This document shows, in pieces, positions 1 to 11,828 of a stretch of 64,000 nucleotides of DNA (position 1 is its first letter; the number at the start of each line of letters is the position of its first letter). This DNA comes from Eledone cirrhosa. Its lineage: Eukaryota. A model generated the notes under the pieces. That model worked only from the letters and a program-made list of their open reading frames with translations. It had not been told where the DNA came from and did not search any database. A program made the position numbers and the translations under genes. The DNA lies in the NCBI GenBank assembly GCA_964016885.1, contig OZ024740.1:25358001-25422000 (forward strand), in the 5' to 3' direction.

Positions 1-163
1 ATACATATACATACATACACATATATACATACATACGTATATATACATACATACATATACATACATAGATATACATACATACATATACCTACATACATAC
101 CAAAATACATACAAATACATACACACAAACATACATATACATACATATATATATATATACATA
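1..163. repeat. Degenerate (ATAC)n/(AT)n microsatellite, truncated at the window start
   Basis: Read directly: atacatatacatacatacac...atatatatatacata. Confidence 0.95.
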
Positions 164-919
164 TAGGGCCGGATCAATCTTGAAATAAATTAATCACATA
201 CTTCGAACCACAAGATAAGTGAGGCCCCACAGCGTTTTTCCTACCCCCCCCCCCCTTTACCAATGTGAAAGAGTTGTGTTAATGAATATAATTTTTTGAA
301 AGTTTGCATTATTTCCCGCTGCCCGAGTTATAAGTTAACATAAAGCTAAATTTGCCCACTGCTTGTGTTTTTGCACTTCAATTAGGAAGAAGGAACAAAG
401 TCTATGACACTTTTTAGGGTCCTTGAGACTAATGGGAATCGGACGCTACCCTTAACCTGGAGACCTGACCAGAGTGATTGCAACAGGATTCATCCTGCTA
501 AAGGCATTCCAGAACTTGTTATGGTGTGTTTTAAAACTGGTGAATTTTTAAATCTAACATATCAGCTACAGTTCAATTTGAACTCAGAACGCAATATCCA
601 AAGAATGAAAAGTGAATTAGATTTCGAGGGTATTTGAATACAGTGTGTAGAGAACGACCAACATTCTCTAAATTAACCGCACTAGATTTTATCGAAAAGA
701 AAGTATGCAAGGCATTTTACTCTAACCAGACCGTTTCGCCGTCGTACATGGTGATACATTAATAAATAATTCAATAAGGCTAAATAGAGATGTGGTTCCA
801 AGCCTTGGGTTCGTCTTTGTATCCTGTCAATTAGAGAGAAAATAAAAGTGCTGATAGACGTCCATTTATTTTTTATTTTTTATTTTTGCGGGACTTCAGC
901 CTGTCTTAATCCAGTCCTC
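164..919. mobile_element. Possible decayed non-autonomous DNA transposon (hAT-like MITE)
   Basis: 165-177 AGGGCCGGATCAA versus the reverse complement of 906-918 (AGGACTGGATTAA) matches at 10/13. Both resemble CAGGGCCGGATT-type termini. No TSD is recognisable and there is no transposase ORF. Confidence 0.3.
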
Positions 920-1566
920 CATAAAGAGCAAGCCATCACTACAGTTACATGAAACACCGGTTTAATGATAACACATGGGTTATTCTTTATTGCAAACTTC
1001 TTCCTAAAGACGAACCCCGGGAAAAGAAGAATGAGTAAAAAATAAGGAAAATGTACCCAATTCTATGATTTTAAGTCCAGGGTGGAGAAATTGAAGGCAA
1101 TATATTTTAAAAAAATCTGGCAAGATCCTGGGGTGTCACGAAACGGATGCTTAAACCGGTTTCATTGATATTTACTTTCTCAGAGTTTAACACAACCCAC
1201 TGGACGTAACACGAATTTGTCACAGAATTAACATCCTGCAGTTAGTGTTACAGATTTTGTTTTCCAGCAGAATGTTATGGAGCTAAGTGAAAAGCTATAG
1301 AGGGTGCTCCTGGCACACATATATATATCATAGTCTGCATTCAGAAAAATACCACCCGTCGGATTAGCATAAAGTCACTGACAGACACGATCCAACCTTT
1401 ACCATTATTACAATGGGCTCTGTTACTCAGAACTGGCTGTCCTCGTTCTATCTCCACACTGTCACACCTACCTTACTCCCCACTTCACCCAAGAATTCCG
1501 CTCTGCAATCACCACTAACCACAGTCGTTATTCCACCGAGGCATGACTCTCTGGAATTCTCTTGGT

Positions 1567-1844
1567 CAGAGCAGGATTTAATGGGGGAGGGGCAAAGGAG
1601 GCAATTGCCCTTGGCCTATACAGTGGGACCCCACCAGCGACGGCTGGGCTTTATAATTTTGTGATGGTTAGAGTTTTATAATTTAAAACATGTATGTATA
1701 ACTTTTTAATTCCAATTACTTGCACCCAGGTGTCTTTGATAGGTAAAATTGTGGGAAGAGGGCCTGTGTATTCTAATTGTTTTGTGTATGAGGGCGTCCC
1801 CAACCTGAAGTGCTCCGAGCACCCCAAGGTTATATCCAGTACTA
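1567..1844. mobile_element. Possible decayed short MITE with CAGGGCCGGATTTA-like termini
   Basis: Left end CAGAGCAGGATTTA (1567-1580) is followed by G-rich GGGGGAGGGGCAAAGGAGGCAATTGCCC. Right end TATATCCAGTACTA (1831-1844; reverse complement matches 9/14) is preceded by C-rich GTCCCC...ACCCC. The 8-bp flanks CTCTTGGT and CTCTCTCA share only the first 4 bp. Confidence 0.35.
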
Positions 1845-2135
1845 CTCTCTCAGCACATGTATTTCATGCTGGTATTCTGCAACAATTTAAACTGACCTTC
1901 AACAGTTAATATTAATATTAACCAAGTTTGCTGTTACTGTGCTTTTGTTTAGCTCCAAACCATCTTTTATCGAGCAGGTGTATGATGAAAAGATATTCCA
2001 ACTACGACCATCACGTCAATATTTTTCTGTCTTATATATAATATATTTTAGATCTCGTTACGTAGCTTAAAACAGTGAGGCTTAAATCGGGATATTTGGC
2101 GGCAGTCTCTAGCAGGTTGTGCCACCTGATAGAGA

Positions 2136-2246
2136 CTTCCATAGTTAATGTTTGTAGTAAGGAGGTCCGTGGCAGTCTAGTCGACTTTTCAACTTTCTCT
2201 ATCTTAGTCATCCACGCTTCATCTTCCATAGTCAACGTTTGTAGTA
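2136..2246. repeat. 24-bp imperfect direct repeat, 87-bp period
   Basis: CTTCCATAGTTAATGTTTGTAGTA (2136-2159) versus CTTCCATAGTCAACGTTTGTAGTA (2223-2246): 22/24 identical. Confidence 0.9.
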
Positions 2247-2399
2247 GTACTATCAGTAGTAGTCATAGTAGTGGTCATAGTAGTCGAAGTAGTCGTAGTA
2301 GTGGTAGTAGTAGTGGTAGTAGTGGTGGTGGTAGTATTAGTAGTAGTAGTAGTAGTAGTAGTGGAGGTGTTGATGCTAGTAGTAGTAGTAGCAGTAGTA

Positions 2400-2438
<39 letters not shown>

Positions 2439-2483
2439 ATAATATGAGTGGTAGTACTAGTAGTAGTAGTAGTGTTAGTAGTG
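2241..2483. repeat. Imperfect (AGT)n/(ACT)n trinucleotide microsatellite with GGT, CAT and other triplet variants
   Basis: Read directly; triplet phase is kept throughout. It produces the poly-Ser (+) and poly-Leu (-) ORFs in the track. Confidence 0.95.
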
Positions 2484-2519
2484 ATAATGAAAAGTTAAGC
2501 AACAGAGAGATTTGCTAGA

Positions 2520-2813
2520 GACAAATTGCACGTGGTTAGAATGATGTATGAATATGTAAGTAGCATGTGTTTGTGTTGGACATATGCTGTGTACGTGTGT
2601 CTGTTGAGTCCGTGTGTGGGCGCCTTATATATGTGTGTGATTGTGTGTATGTGCGTGTATGATTGTTGCATGCGTATGTATGTGTGTGCTGAACATACGT
2701 GTATGTGTGTGTGTGTCTGTGGTATTGCAGATATGTAACTGTTGTATAGGCGTGTGTAGAGGAAATGTGTGTCGTATACTTACCGATGAATGTGTGTACT
2801 GTTAATGTGTATG
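2520..2813. repeat. Degenerate (TG)n/(TATG)n low-complexity tract abutting the satellite
   Basis: Examples: atgtgtgtgattgtgtgtatgtgcgtgtat and gtatgtgtgtgtgtgtctgt. It has the same T/G-rich strand as the array. Confidence 0.85.
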
Positions 2814-3781
2814 TGTGGCTGTGTTGTATGTGGCTGTGTTATATGTGGCTGTGTTATATGTGGCTGTGTTATATGTGGCTGTGTTATGTGGCTGTGTTTT
2901 ATGTGGCTGTGTTGTATGTGGCTGTGTTATATGTGGCTGTGTTATATGTGGCTGTGTTATATGTGGCTGTGTTATGTGGCTGTGTTGTATGTGGCTGTGT
3001 TATGTGGCTCGGTTGTATGTGGCTGTGTTATATGTGGCTGTGTTATATGTGGCTGTGTTATATGTGGCTGTGTTATGTGGCTCGGTTGTATGTGGCTGTG
3101 TTGTATGTGGCTGTGTTGTATGTGGCTGTGTTATATGTGGTTGTGTTATGTGGCTGTGTTGTATGTGGCTGTGTTGTATGTGGCTGTGTTGTATGTGGCT
3201 GTGTTGTATGTGGCTGTGTTGTATGTGGCTGTGTTATATGTGGCTGTGTTATATGTGGCAGTGTTATATGTGGTTGTGTTATGTGGCTGTGTTGTATGTG
3301 GCTGTGTTGTATGTGGCTGTGTTGTATGTGGTTGTGTTATATGTGGCTGTGTTATATGTGGCTGTGTTATGTGGCTGTGTTGTATGTGGCTGTGTTATAT
3401 GTGGCTGTGTTGTATGTGGCTGTGTTATATGTGGCTGTGTTATATGTGGTTGTGTTATGTGGCTGTGTTGTATGTGGCTGTGTTATATGTGGCTGTGTTA
3501 TATGTGGCTGTGTTATATGTGGCTGTGTTATATGTGGTTGTGTTATGTCGCTGTGTTGTATGTGGCTGTGTTATGTGTGGCTGTGTTGTAAGTGGCTGTG
3601 TTGTATGTGGCTGTGTTATATGTGGCTGTGTTATATGTGGTTGTGTTATGTGGCTGTGTTGTATGTGGCTGTGTTATATGTGGCTGTGTTATATGTGGCT
3701 GTGTTATATGTGGTTGTGTTGTATGGCTGTGTTGTATGTGGCTGTGTTATATGTGGCTGTGTTATATGTGGTTGTGTTATA

Positions 3782-6700
3782 TGTGGCTGTGTTATATGTG
3801 GCTGTGTTATATGTGGTTGTGTTATGTGGCTGTGTTGTATGTGGCTGTGTTAAATGTGGCTGTGTTATATGTGGTTGTGTTATATGTGGCTGTGTTATAT
3901 GTGGCTGTGTTATATGTGGCTGTGTTATATGTGGCTGTGTTATATGTGGCTGTATTGTATGTGGCTGTGTTATATGTGGCTGTGTTATGTGGCTGTGTTG
4001 TATGTGGCGGTGTTGTATGTGGCTGTGTTTTATGTGGCTGTGTTATATGTGGCTGTGTTGTATGTGGCTGTGTTATGTTTGGATGTGTTATATGTGGCTG
4101 TGTTATGTGGCTGTGTTGTATGTGGCTGTGTTGTATGTGGCTGTGTTTTATGTGGCTGTGTTATATGTGGCTGTGTTGTATGTGGCTGTGTTATGTTTGG
4201 ATGTGTTATATGTGGCTATGTTATATGTGGTTGTGTTGTATGTGGCTGTGTGGCTTGGTTGTATGTGGCTGTGTTGTATGTGGCTGTGTTATGTGTGGCT
4301 GTGTTAAATGTGGCTGTGTTATATGTGGCTGTGTTATATGTGGCTGTGTTGTATGTGGCTTTGTTGTATGTGGCTGTGTTATATGTGGCTGTGTTATATG
4401 TGGCTGTGTTATATGTGGCTGTGTTGTATGTGGCTGTGTTGTATGTGGCTGTGTTATGTGGCTGTGTTAAATGTGGCTGTGTTATATGTGGCTGTGTTAT
4501 GTGGCTGTGTTGTATGTGGCTGTGTTGTATGTGGCTGTGTTGTATGTGGCTGTCTTATATGTGGCTGTGTTAAATGTGGCTGTGTTATATGTGGCTGTGT
4601 TATGTGGATGTGTTGTATGTGGCTGTCTTGTATGTGGCTGTGTTGTATGTGGCTGTGTTATGTGTGGCTGTGTTGTATGTGACTGTGTTGTATGTGGCTG
4701 TGTTATATGTGTCTGTTTTGTATATGGTTGTGGTGTATGTGGCTGTCTTGTATGTGGCTGTGTTGTATGAGGCTGTGTTATATGTGGCTGTGTTGTATGT
4801 GGTTGTGTTGTATGTGGCTGTCTTGTATGTGGCTGTGTTGTATGTGGCTGTGTTATGTGTGGCTGTGTTATATGTGGCTGTGTTATATGTGGCTGTGTTG
4901 TATATGGTTGTGTTGTATGTGGCTGTGTTGTGTGTGGCTGTGTTGTATGTGGCTGTGTTATATGTGGCTGTGTTATATGTGGCTGTGTTATATGTTGCTG
5001 TGTTGTATGTGGCTGTGTTGTATGTGGTTGTGATGTATGTGGCTGTGTTATATGTGGTTGTGTTGTATGTGGTTGTGTTGTATGTGGCTGTGTTGTATGT
5101 GGCGGTGTTATATGTGGCTGTGTTGTATGTGGTTGTGTTGTATCTGATTGTGTTATATGTGGTTGTGTTATATGTGGTTGTGTTATATGTGCCTGTGTTA
5201 TATGTGCCTGTGTTATATGTGGCTGTGTTGTATGTGGCTCTGTTGTATGTGGCTGTGTTGTATGTGGCTGTGTTGCATGTGGCTGTGTCGTATGTGGCTG
5301 TGTTGTATGTGGCTGTGTTATATGTGGCTGTGTTCTATGTGCCTGTGTTATATGTGGTTGTGTTATGTGTGGCTGTGCTGTATGTGGTTGTGATGTATGT
5401 GGCTGTGTTATATGTGGTTGTGTTGTATGTGGTTGTGTTGTATGTGGCTGTGTTGTATGTGCCTGTGTTATATGTGGCTGTGTTGTATGTGGCTGTGTTG
5501 TATGTGGCTGTGTTCTATGTGGCTGTGTTGTATGTGGTTGTGTTATATGTGGCTGTGTTATATGTGGCTGTGTTGTATGTGGCTGTGTTGTATGTGCCTG
5601 TGTTATATGTGGCTGTGTTATATGTGGCTGTGTTGTATGTGGCTGTGTTGTATGTGGTTGTGTTCTATGTGGCTGTGTTGTATGTGGCTGTGTTGTATGT
5701 GGTTGTATTATATGTGGCTGTGTTACGTGTGCCTGTGTTGTATGTGCCTGTGTTATATGTGGCTGTGTTATATATGGCTGTGTTATATGTGGCTGTGTTG
5801 TATGTGGCTGTGTTGTGTGTGGCTGTGTTGTGTGTGGCTGTGTTCTATGTGGCTGAGTTGTGTTGTATGTGGCGGTGTTGTATGTGGCTGTGTTGTATGT
5901 GGCTGTGTTGTATGTGGCTGTGTTATGTGTGGCTGTGTTATATGTGGCTGTGTTATGTGTGGCTGTGTTATGTGTGGCTGTGTTGTATGTGGCTGTGTTT
6001 TATGTGGCTGTGTTGTATGTGGCTGTGTTGTATGTGGCTGTGTTGTATGTGGCTGTGTTATGTGTGGCTGTGTTATATGTGGCTGTGTTATGTGTGGCTG
6101 TGTTATGTGTGGCTGTGTTATGTATGGCTGTGTTGTATGTGGCTGTGTTGTATGTGGCTGTGTTATATGTGGCTGTGTTGTATGTGGCTGTGTTGTATGT
6201 GGCTGTGTTATGTGTGGGTGTGTTATATGTGGCTGTGTTGTATGTGGTTGTGTTATGTGTGGCTGTGTTATATGTGGCTGTGTTATATGTGGTTGTGTTA
6301 TGTGGCTGTGTTGTATGTGGCTGTGTTAAATGTGGCTGTGTTATATGTGGTTGTGTTATATGTGGCTGTGTTATATGTGGCTGTGTTATATGTGGCTGTG
6401 TTATATGTGGCTGTGTTATATGTGGCTGTATTGTATGTGGCTGTGTTATTTGTGGCTGTGTTATGTGGCTGTGTTGTATGTGGCGGTGTTGTATGTGGCT
6501 GTGTTTTATGTGGCTGTGTTATATGTGGCTGTGTTGTATGTGGCTGTGTTATGTTTGGATGTGTTATATGTGGCTGTGTTATGTGGCTGTGTTGTATGTG
6601 GCTGTGTTGTATGTGGCTGTGTTTTATGTGGCTGTGTTATATGTGGCTGTGTTGTATGTGGCTGTGTTATGTTTGGATGTGTTATATGTGGCTATGTTAT

Positions 6701-8385
6701 ATGTGGTTGTGTTGTATGTGGCTGTGTGGCTTGGTTGTATGTGGCTGTGTTGTATGTGGCTGTGTTATGTGTGGCTGTGTTAAATGTGGCTGTGTTATAT
6801 GTGGCTGTGTTATATGTGGCTGTGTTGTATGTGGCTTTGTTGTATGTGGCTGTGTTATATGTGGCTGTGTTATATGTGGCTGTGTTATATGTGGCTGTGT
6901 TGTATGTGGCTGTGTTGTATGTGGCTGTGTTATGTGGCTGTGTTAAATGTGGCTGTGTTATATGTGGCTGTGTTATGTGGCTGTGTTGTATGTGGCTGTG
7001 TTGTATGTGGCTGTGTTGTATGTGGCTGTCTTATATGTGGCTGTGTTAAATGTGGCTGTGTTATATGTGGCTGTGTTATGTGGCTGTGTTGTATGTGGCT
7101 GTCTTGTATGTGGCTGTGTTGTATGTGGCTGTGTTATGTGTGGCTGTGTTGTATGTGACTGTGTTGTATGTGGCTGTGTTATATGTGTCTGTTTTGTATA
7201 TGGTTGTGGTGTATGTGGCTGTCTTGTATGTGGCTGTGTTGTATGAGGCTGTGTTATATGTGGCTGTGTTGTATGTGGTTGTGTTGTATGTGGCTGTGTT
7301 GTATGTGGCGGTGTTATATGTGGCTGTGTTGTATGTGGTTGTGTTGTATATGATTGTGTTATATGTGGTTGTGTTATATGTGGTTGTGTTATATGTGCCT
7401 GTGTTATATGTGCCTGTGTTATATGTGGCTGTGTTGTATGTGGCTCTGTTGTATGTGGCTGTGTTGTATGTGGCTGTGTTGCATGTGGCTGTGTCGTATG
7501 TGGCTGTGTTGTATGTGGCTGTGTTATATGTGGCTGTGTTCTATGTGCCTGTGTTATATGTGGTTGTGTTATGTGTGGCTGTGTTGTATGTGGTTGTGAT
7601 GTATGTGGCTGTGTTATATGTGGTTGTGTTGTATGTGGTTGTGTTGTATGTGGCTGTGTTGTATGTGGCTGTGTTATATGTGGCTGTGTTGTATGTGGCT
7701 GTGTTGTATGTGGCTGTGTTCTATGTGGCTGTGTTGTATGTGGTTGTGTTATATGTGGCTGTGTTATATGTGGCTGTGTTGTATGTGGCTGTGTTGTATG
7801 TGCCTGTGTTATATGTGGCTGTGTTATATGTGGCTGTGTTGTATATGGCTGTGTTGTATGTGGTTGTGTTCTATGTGGCTGTGTTGTATGTGGCTGTGTT
7901 GTATGTGGTTGTATTATATGTGGCTGTGTTACGTGTGCCTGTGTTGTATGTGCCTGTGTTATATGTGGCTGTGTTATATATGGCTGTGTTATATGTGGCT
8001 GTGTTGTATGTGGCTGTGTTGTGTGTGGCTGTGTTGTGTGTGGCTGTGTTCTATGTGGCTGAGTTGTGTTGTATGTGGCGGTGTTGTATGTGGCTGTGTT
8101 GTATGTGGCTGTGTTGTATGTGGCTGTGTTATGTGTGGCTGTGTTATATGTGGCTGTGTTATGTGTGGCTGTGTTATGTGTGGCTGTGTTGTATGTGGCT
8201 GTGTTGTATGTGGCTGTGTTGTATGTGCCTGTGTTGTATGTGGCTGTGTTGTATGTGGCTGTGTTATGTGTGGCTGTGTTATATGTGGCTGTGTTATGTG
8301 TGGCTGTGTTATGTGTGGCTGTGTTATGTATGGCTGTGTTGTATGTGGCTGTGTTGTATGTGGCTGTGTTATATGTGGCTGTGTT
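3782..8385 (+). repeat. Higher-order tandem duplication: ~3782-6190 copied at ~6258-8385 with an internal 270-bp (18-monomer) deletion
   Basis: ORF pairs 3854/6330, 4308/6784, 4471/6947 and 4574/7050 (offset 2476), then 5148/7354, 5397/7603 and 5860/8066 (offset 2206). Shared rare variants GTTTGGATG (twice) and GCTTGGTTG. Confidence 0.9.
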
Positions 8386-11300
8386 TTATGTGTCTGAGTT
8401 GTATGTGGCTGTGTTGTATGTGGCTGTTTTGTACGTGTCTGTGTTCTATGTGGCTGTGTTATATGAGGCCGTGTTGTATGTGGCTGTGTTATATGTGGCT
8501 GTGTTGTATGTGGCTGTGTTATGTGTGCCTGTGTTATGTGTGGCTGTGTCGTATGTGGTTGTGTTATGTGTGCCTGTATTATATGTGGCTGTGTTGTATG
8601 TGTCTGTGTTGTATGTGGCTGTGTTATATGTGGCTGTGTTGTATGAGGCTGTGTTGTATGTGACTTTGATATGTGTGTCGGTGTTGTATGTGGCTGTGCT
8701 ATATGTGGCTGTGTTATGTGTGGGTGTGTTATATGTGGCTGTGTTGTATGTGGTTGTGTTGTATGTGGCTGTGTTGTATGTGGCTGTGTTATATGTGGCT
8801 GTGTTGTATGTGGTTGTGTTGTATGTGATTGTGTTATATGTGGTTGTGTTATATGTGGTTGTGTTATATGTGCCTGTGTTATATGTGCCTGTGTTATATG
8901 TGGCTGTGTTGTATGTGGCTGTGTTGTATGTGGCTGTGTTGCATGTGGCTGTGTCGTATGTGGCTGTGTTGTATGTGGCTGTGTTATATGTGGCTGTGTT
9001 CTATGTGCCTGTGTTATATGTGGTTGTGTTATGTGTGGCTGTGTTGTATGTGGTTGTGATGTATGTGGCTGTGTTATATGTGGTTGTGTTGTATGTGGTT
9101 GTGTTGTATGTGGCTGTGTTGTATGTGGCTGTGTTATATGTGGCTGTGTTGTATGTGGCTGTGTTCTATGTGGCTGTGTTGTATGTGGCTGTGTTGTATG
9201 TGCCTGTGTTATATGTGGCTGTGTTATATGTGGCTGTGTTGTATGTGGCTGTGTTGTATGTGGTTGTGTTCTATGTGGCTGTGTTGTATGTGGCTGTGTT
9301 GTATGTGGTTGTGTTATATGTGGCTGTGTTACGTGTGCCTGTGTTGTATGTGCCTGTGTTATATGTGGCTGTGTTATATATGGCTGTGTTATATGTGGCT
9401 GTGTTGTATGTGGCTGTGTTGTGTGTGGCTGTGTTGTGTGTGGCTGTGTTCTATGTGGCTGAGTTGTGTTGTATGTGGCGGTGTTGTATGTGGCTGTGTT
9501 GTATGTGGCTGTGTTGTATGTGGCTGTGTTATGTGTGGCTGTGTTATATGTGGCTGTGTTATGTGTGGCTGTGTTATGTGTGGATGTGTTGTATGTGGCT
9601 GTGTTGTATGTGGCTGTGTTGTATGTGGCTGTGTTGTATGTGGCTGTGTTGTATGTGGCTGTGTTATGTGTGGCTGTGTTATATGTGGCTGTGTTATGTG
9701 TGGCTGTGTTATGTGTGGCTGTGTTGTATGTGGCTGTGTTGTATGTGGCTGTGTTATATGTGGCTGTGTTGTATGTGGCTGTGTTGTATGTGGTTGTATT
9801 ATATGTGGCTGTGTTACGTGTGCCTGTGTTGTATGTGCCTGTGTTATATGTGGCTGTGTTATATATGGCTGTGTTATATGTGGCTGTGTTGTATGTGGCT
9901 GTGTTGTGTGTGGCTGTGTTGTGTGTGGCTGTGTTCTATGTGGCTGAGTTGTGTTGTATGTGGCGGTGTTGTATGTGGCTGTGTTGTATGTGGCTGTGTT
10001 GTATGTGGCTGTGTTATGTGTGGCTGTGTTATATGTGGCTGTGTTATGTGTGGCTGTGTTATGTGTGGCTGTGTTGTATGTGGCTGTGTTGTATGTGGCT
10101 GTGTTGTATGTGGCTGTGTTGTATGTGGCTGTGTTGTATGTGGCTGTGTTATGTGTGGCTGTGTTATATGTGGCTGTGTTATGTGTGGCTGTGTTATGTG
10201 TGGCTGTGTTATGTATGGCTGTGTTGTATGTGGCTGTGTTGTATGTGGCTGTGTTATATGTGGCTGTGTTGTATGTGGCTGTGTTGTATGTGGCTGTGTT
10301 ATGTGTGGGTGTGTTATATGTGGCTGTGTTGTATGTGGTTGTGTTATGTGTGGCTGTGTTGTATGTGGCTGTGTTATATGTGGCTGTGTTATGTGTGCCT
10401 GTGTTATATGTGGCTGTGTTTTATGTGTCTGAGTTGTATGTGGCTGTGTTGTATGTGGCTGTTTTGTACGTGTCTGTGTTGTATGTGGCTGTGTTATATG
10501 AGGCCGTGTTGTATGTGGCTGTGTTATATGTGGCTGTGTTGTATGTGGCTGTGTTATGTGTGCCTGTGTTATATGTGGCTGTGTCGTATGTGGTTGTGTT
10601 ATGTGTGCCTGTATTATATGTGGCTGTGTTGTATGTGTCTGTGTTGTATGTGGCTGTGTTATATGTGGCTGTGTTGTATGAGGCTGTGTTGTATGTGACT
10701 TTGATATGTGTGTCGGTGTTGTATGTGGCTGTGCTATATGTGGCTGTGTTATGTGTGGCTGTGTTATATGTGGCTGTGTTGTATGTGGTTGTGTTGTATG
10801 TGGCTGTGTTGTATATGGCTGTGTTATATGTGGCTGTGTTGTATGTGGTTGTGTTGTATGTGATTGTGTTATATGTGGTTGTGTTATATGTGGTTGTGTT
10901 ATATGTGCCTGTGTTATATGTGCCTGTGTTATATGTGGCTGTGTTGTATGTGGCTGTGTTGTATGTGGCTGTGTTGCATGTGGCTGTGTCGTATGTGGCT
11001 GTGTTGTATGTGGCTGTGTTATATGTGGCTGTGTTCTATGTGCCTGTGTTATATGTGGTTGTGTTATGTGTGGCTGTGTTGTATGTGGTTGTGATGTATG
11101 TGGCTGTGTTATATGTGGTTGTGTTGTATGTGGTTGTGTTGTATGTGGCTGTGTTGTATGTGGCTGTGTTATATGTGGCTGTGTTGTATGTGGCTGTGTT
11201 CTATGTGGCTGTGTTGTATGTGGCTGTGTTGTATGTGCCTGTGTTATATGTGGCTGTGTTATATGTGGCTGTGTTGTATGTGGCTGTGTTGTATGTGGTT

Positions 11301-11828
11301 GTGTTCTATGTGGCTGTGTTGTATGTGGCTGTGTTGTATGTGGTTGTGTTATATGTGGCTGTGTTACGTGTGCCTGTGTTGTATGTGCCTGTGTTATATG
11401 TGGCTGTGTTATATATGGCTGTGTTATATGTGGCTGTGTTGTATGTGGCTGTGTTGTGTGTGGCTGTGTTGTGTGTGGCTGTGTTCTATGTGGCTGAGTT
11501 GTGTTGTATGTGGCGGTGTTGTATGTGGCTGTGTTGTATGTGGCTGTGTTGTATGTGGCTGTGTTATGTGTGGCTGTGTTATATGTGGCTGTGTTATGTG
11601 TGGCTGTGTTATGTGTGGCTGTGTTGTACGTGGCTGTGTTGTATGTGGCTGTGTTGTATGTGGCTGTGTTGTATGTGGCTGTGTTGTATGTGGCTGTGTT
11701 ATGTGTGGCTGTGTTATATGTGGCTGTGTTATGTGTGGCTGTGTTATGTGTGGCTGTGTTGTATGTGGCTGTGTTGTATGTGGCTGTGTTATATGTGGCT
11801 GTGTTGTATGTGGCTGTGTTGTATGTGG
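8370..11828 (+). repeat. Higher-order duplication, offset 2035 bp (~8370-9793 vs ~10405-11828)
   Basis: ORF pairs 8671/10706, 8829/10864, 9063/11098 and 9466/11501. Marker TGTCTGAGTT at 8391 and 10426. Confidence 0.9.

Noticed and set aside
404-1909. Short ORFs 404-637, 1413-1664 and 1694-1909
   Set aside because: They are 71-83 aa, carry no recognisable motifs, partly overlap the putative MITE relics, and are of chance-expected length.
2048-2158. Minus-frame peptide ...QPARDCRQISRFKP... resembling the start of fibrinogen/COLFI domains
   Set aside because: Only a few residues match, stops flank it closely, and no downstream domain sequence or clear splice sites are present.
2075-2518. Poly-Ser ORF (+), poly-Leu ORF 2275-2502 (-) and an open poly-Thr frame (-)
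   Set aside because: All are translations of the (AGT)n microsatellite, bounded by nearby stops and lacking a recognisable domain.
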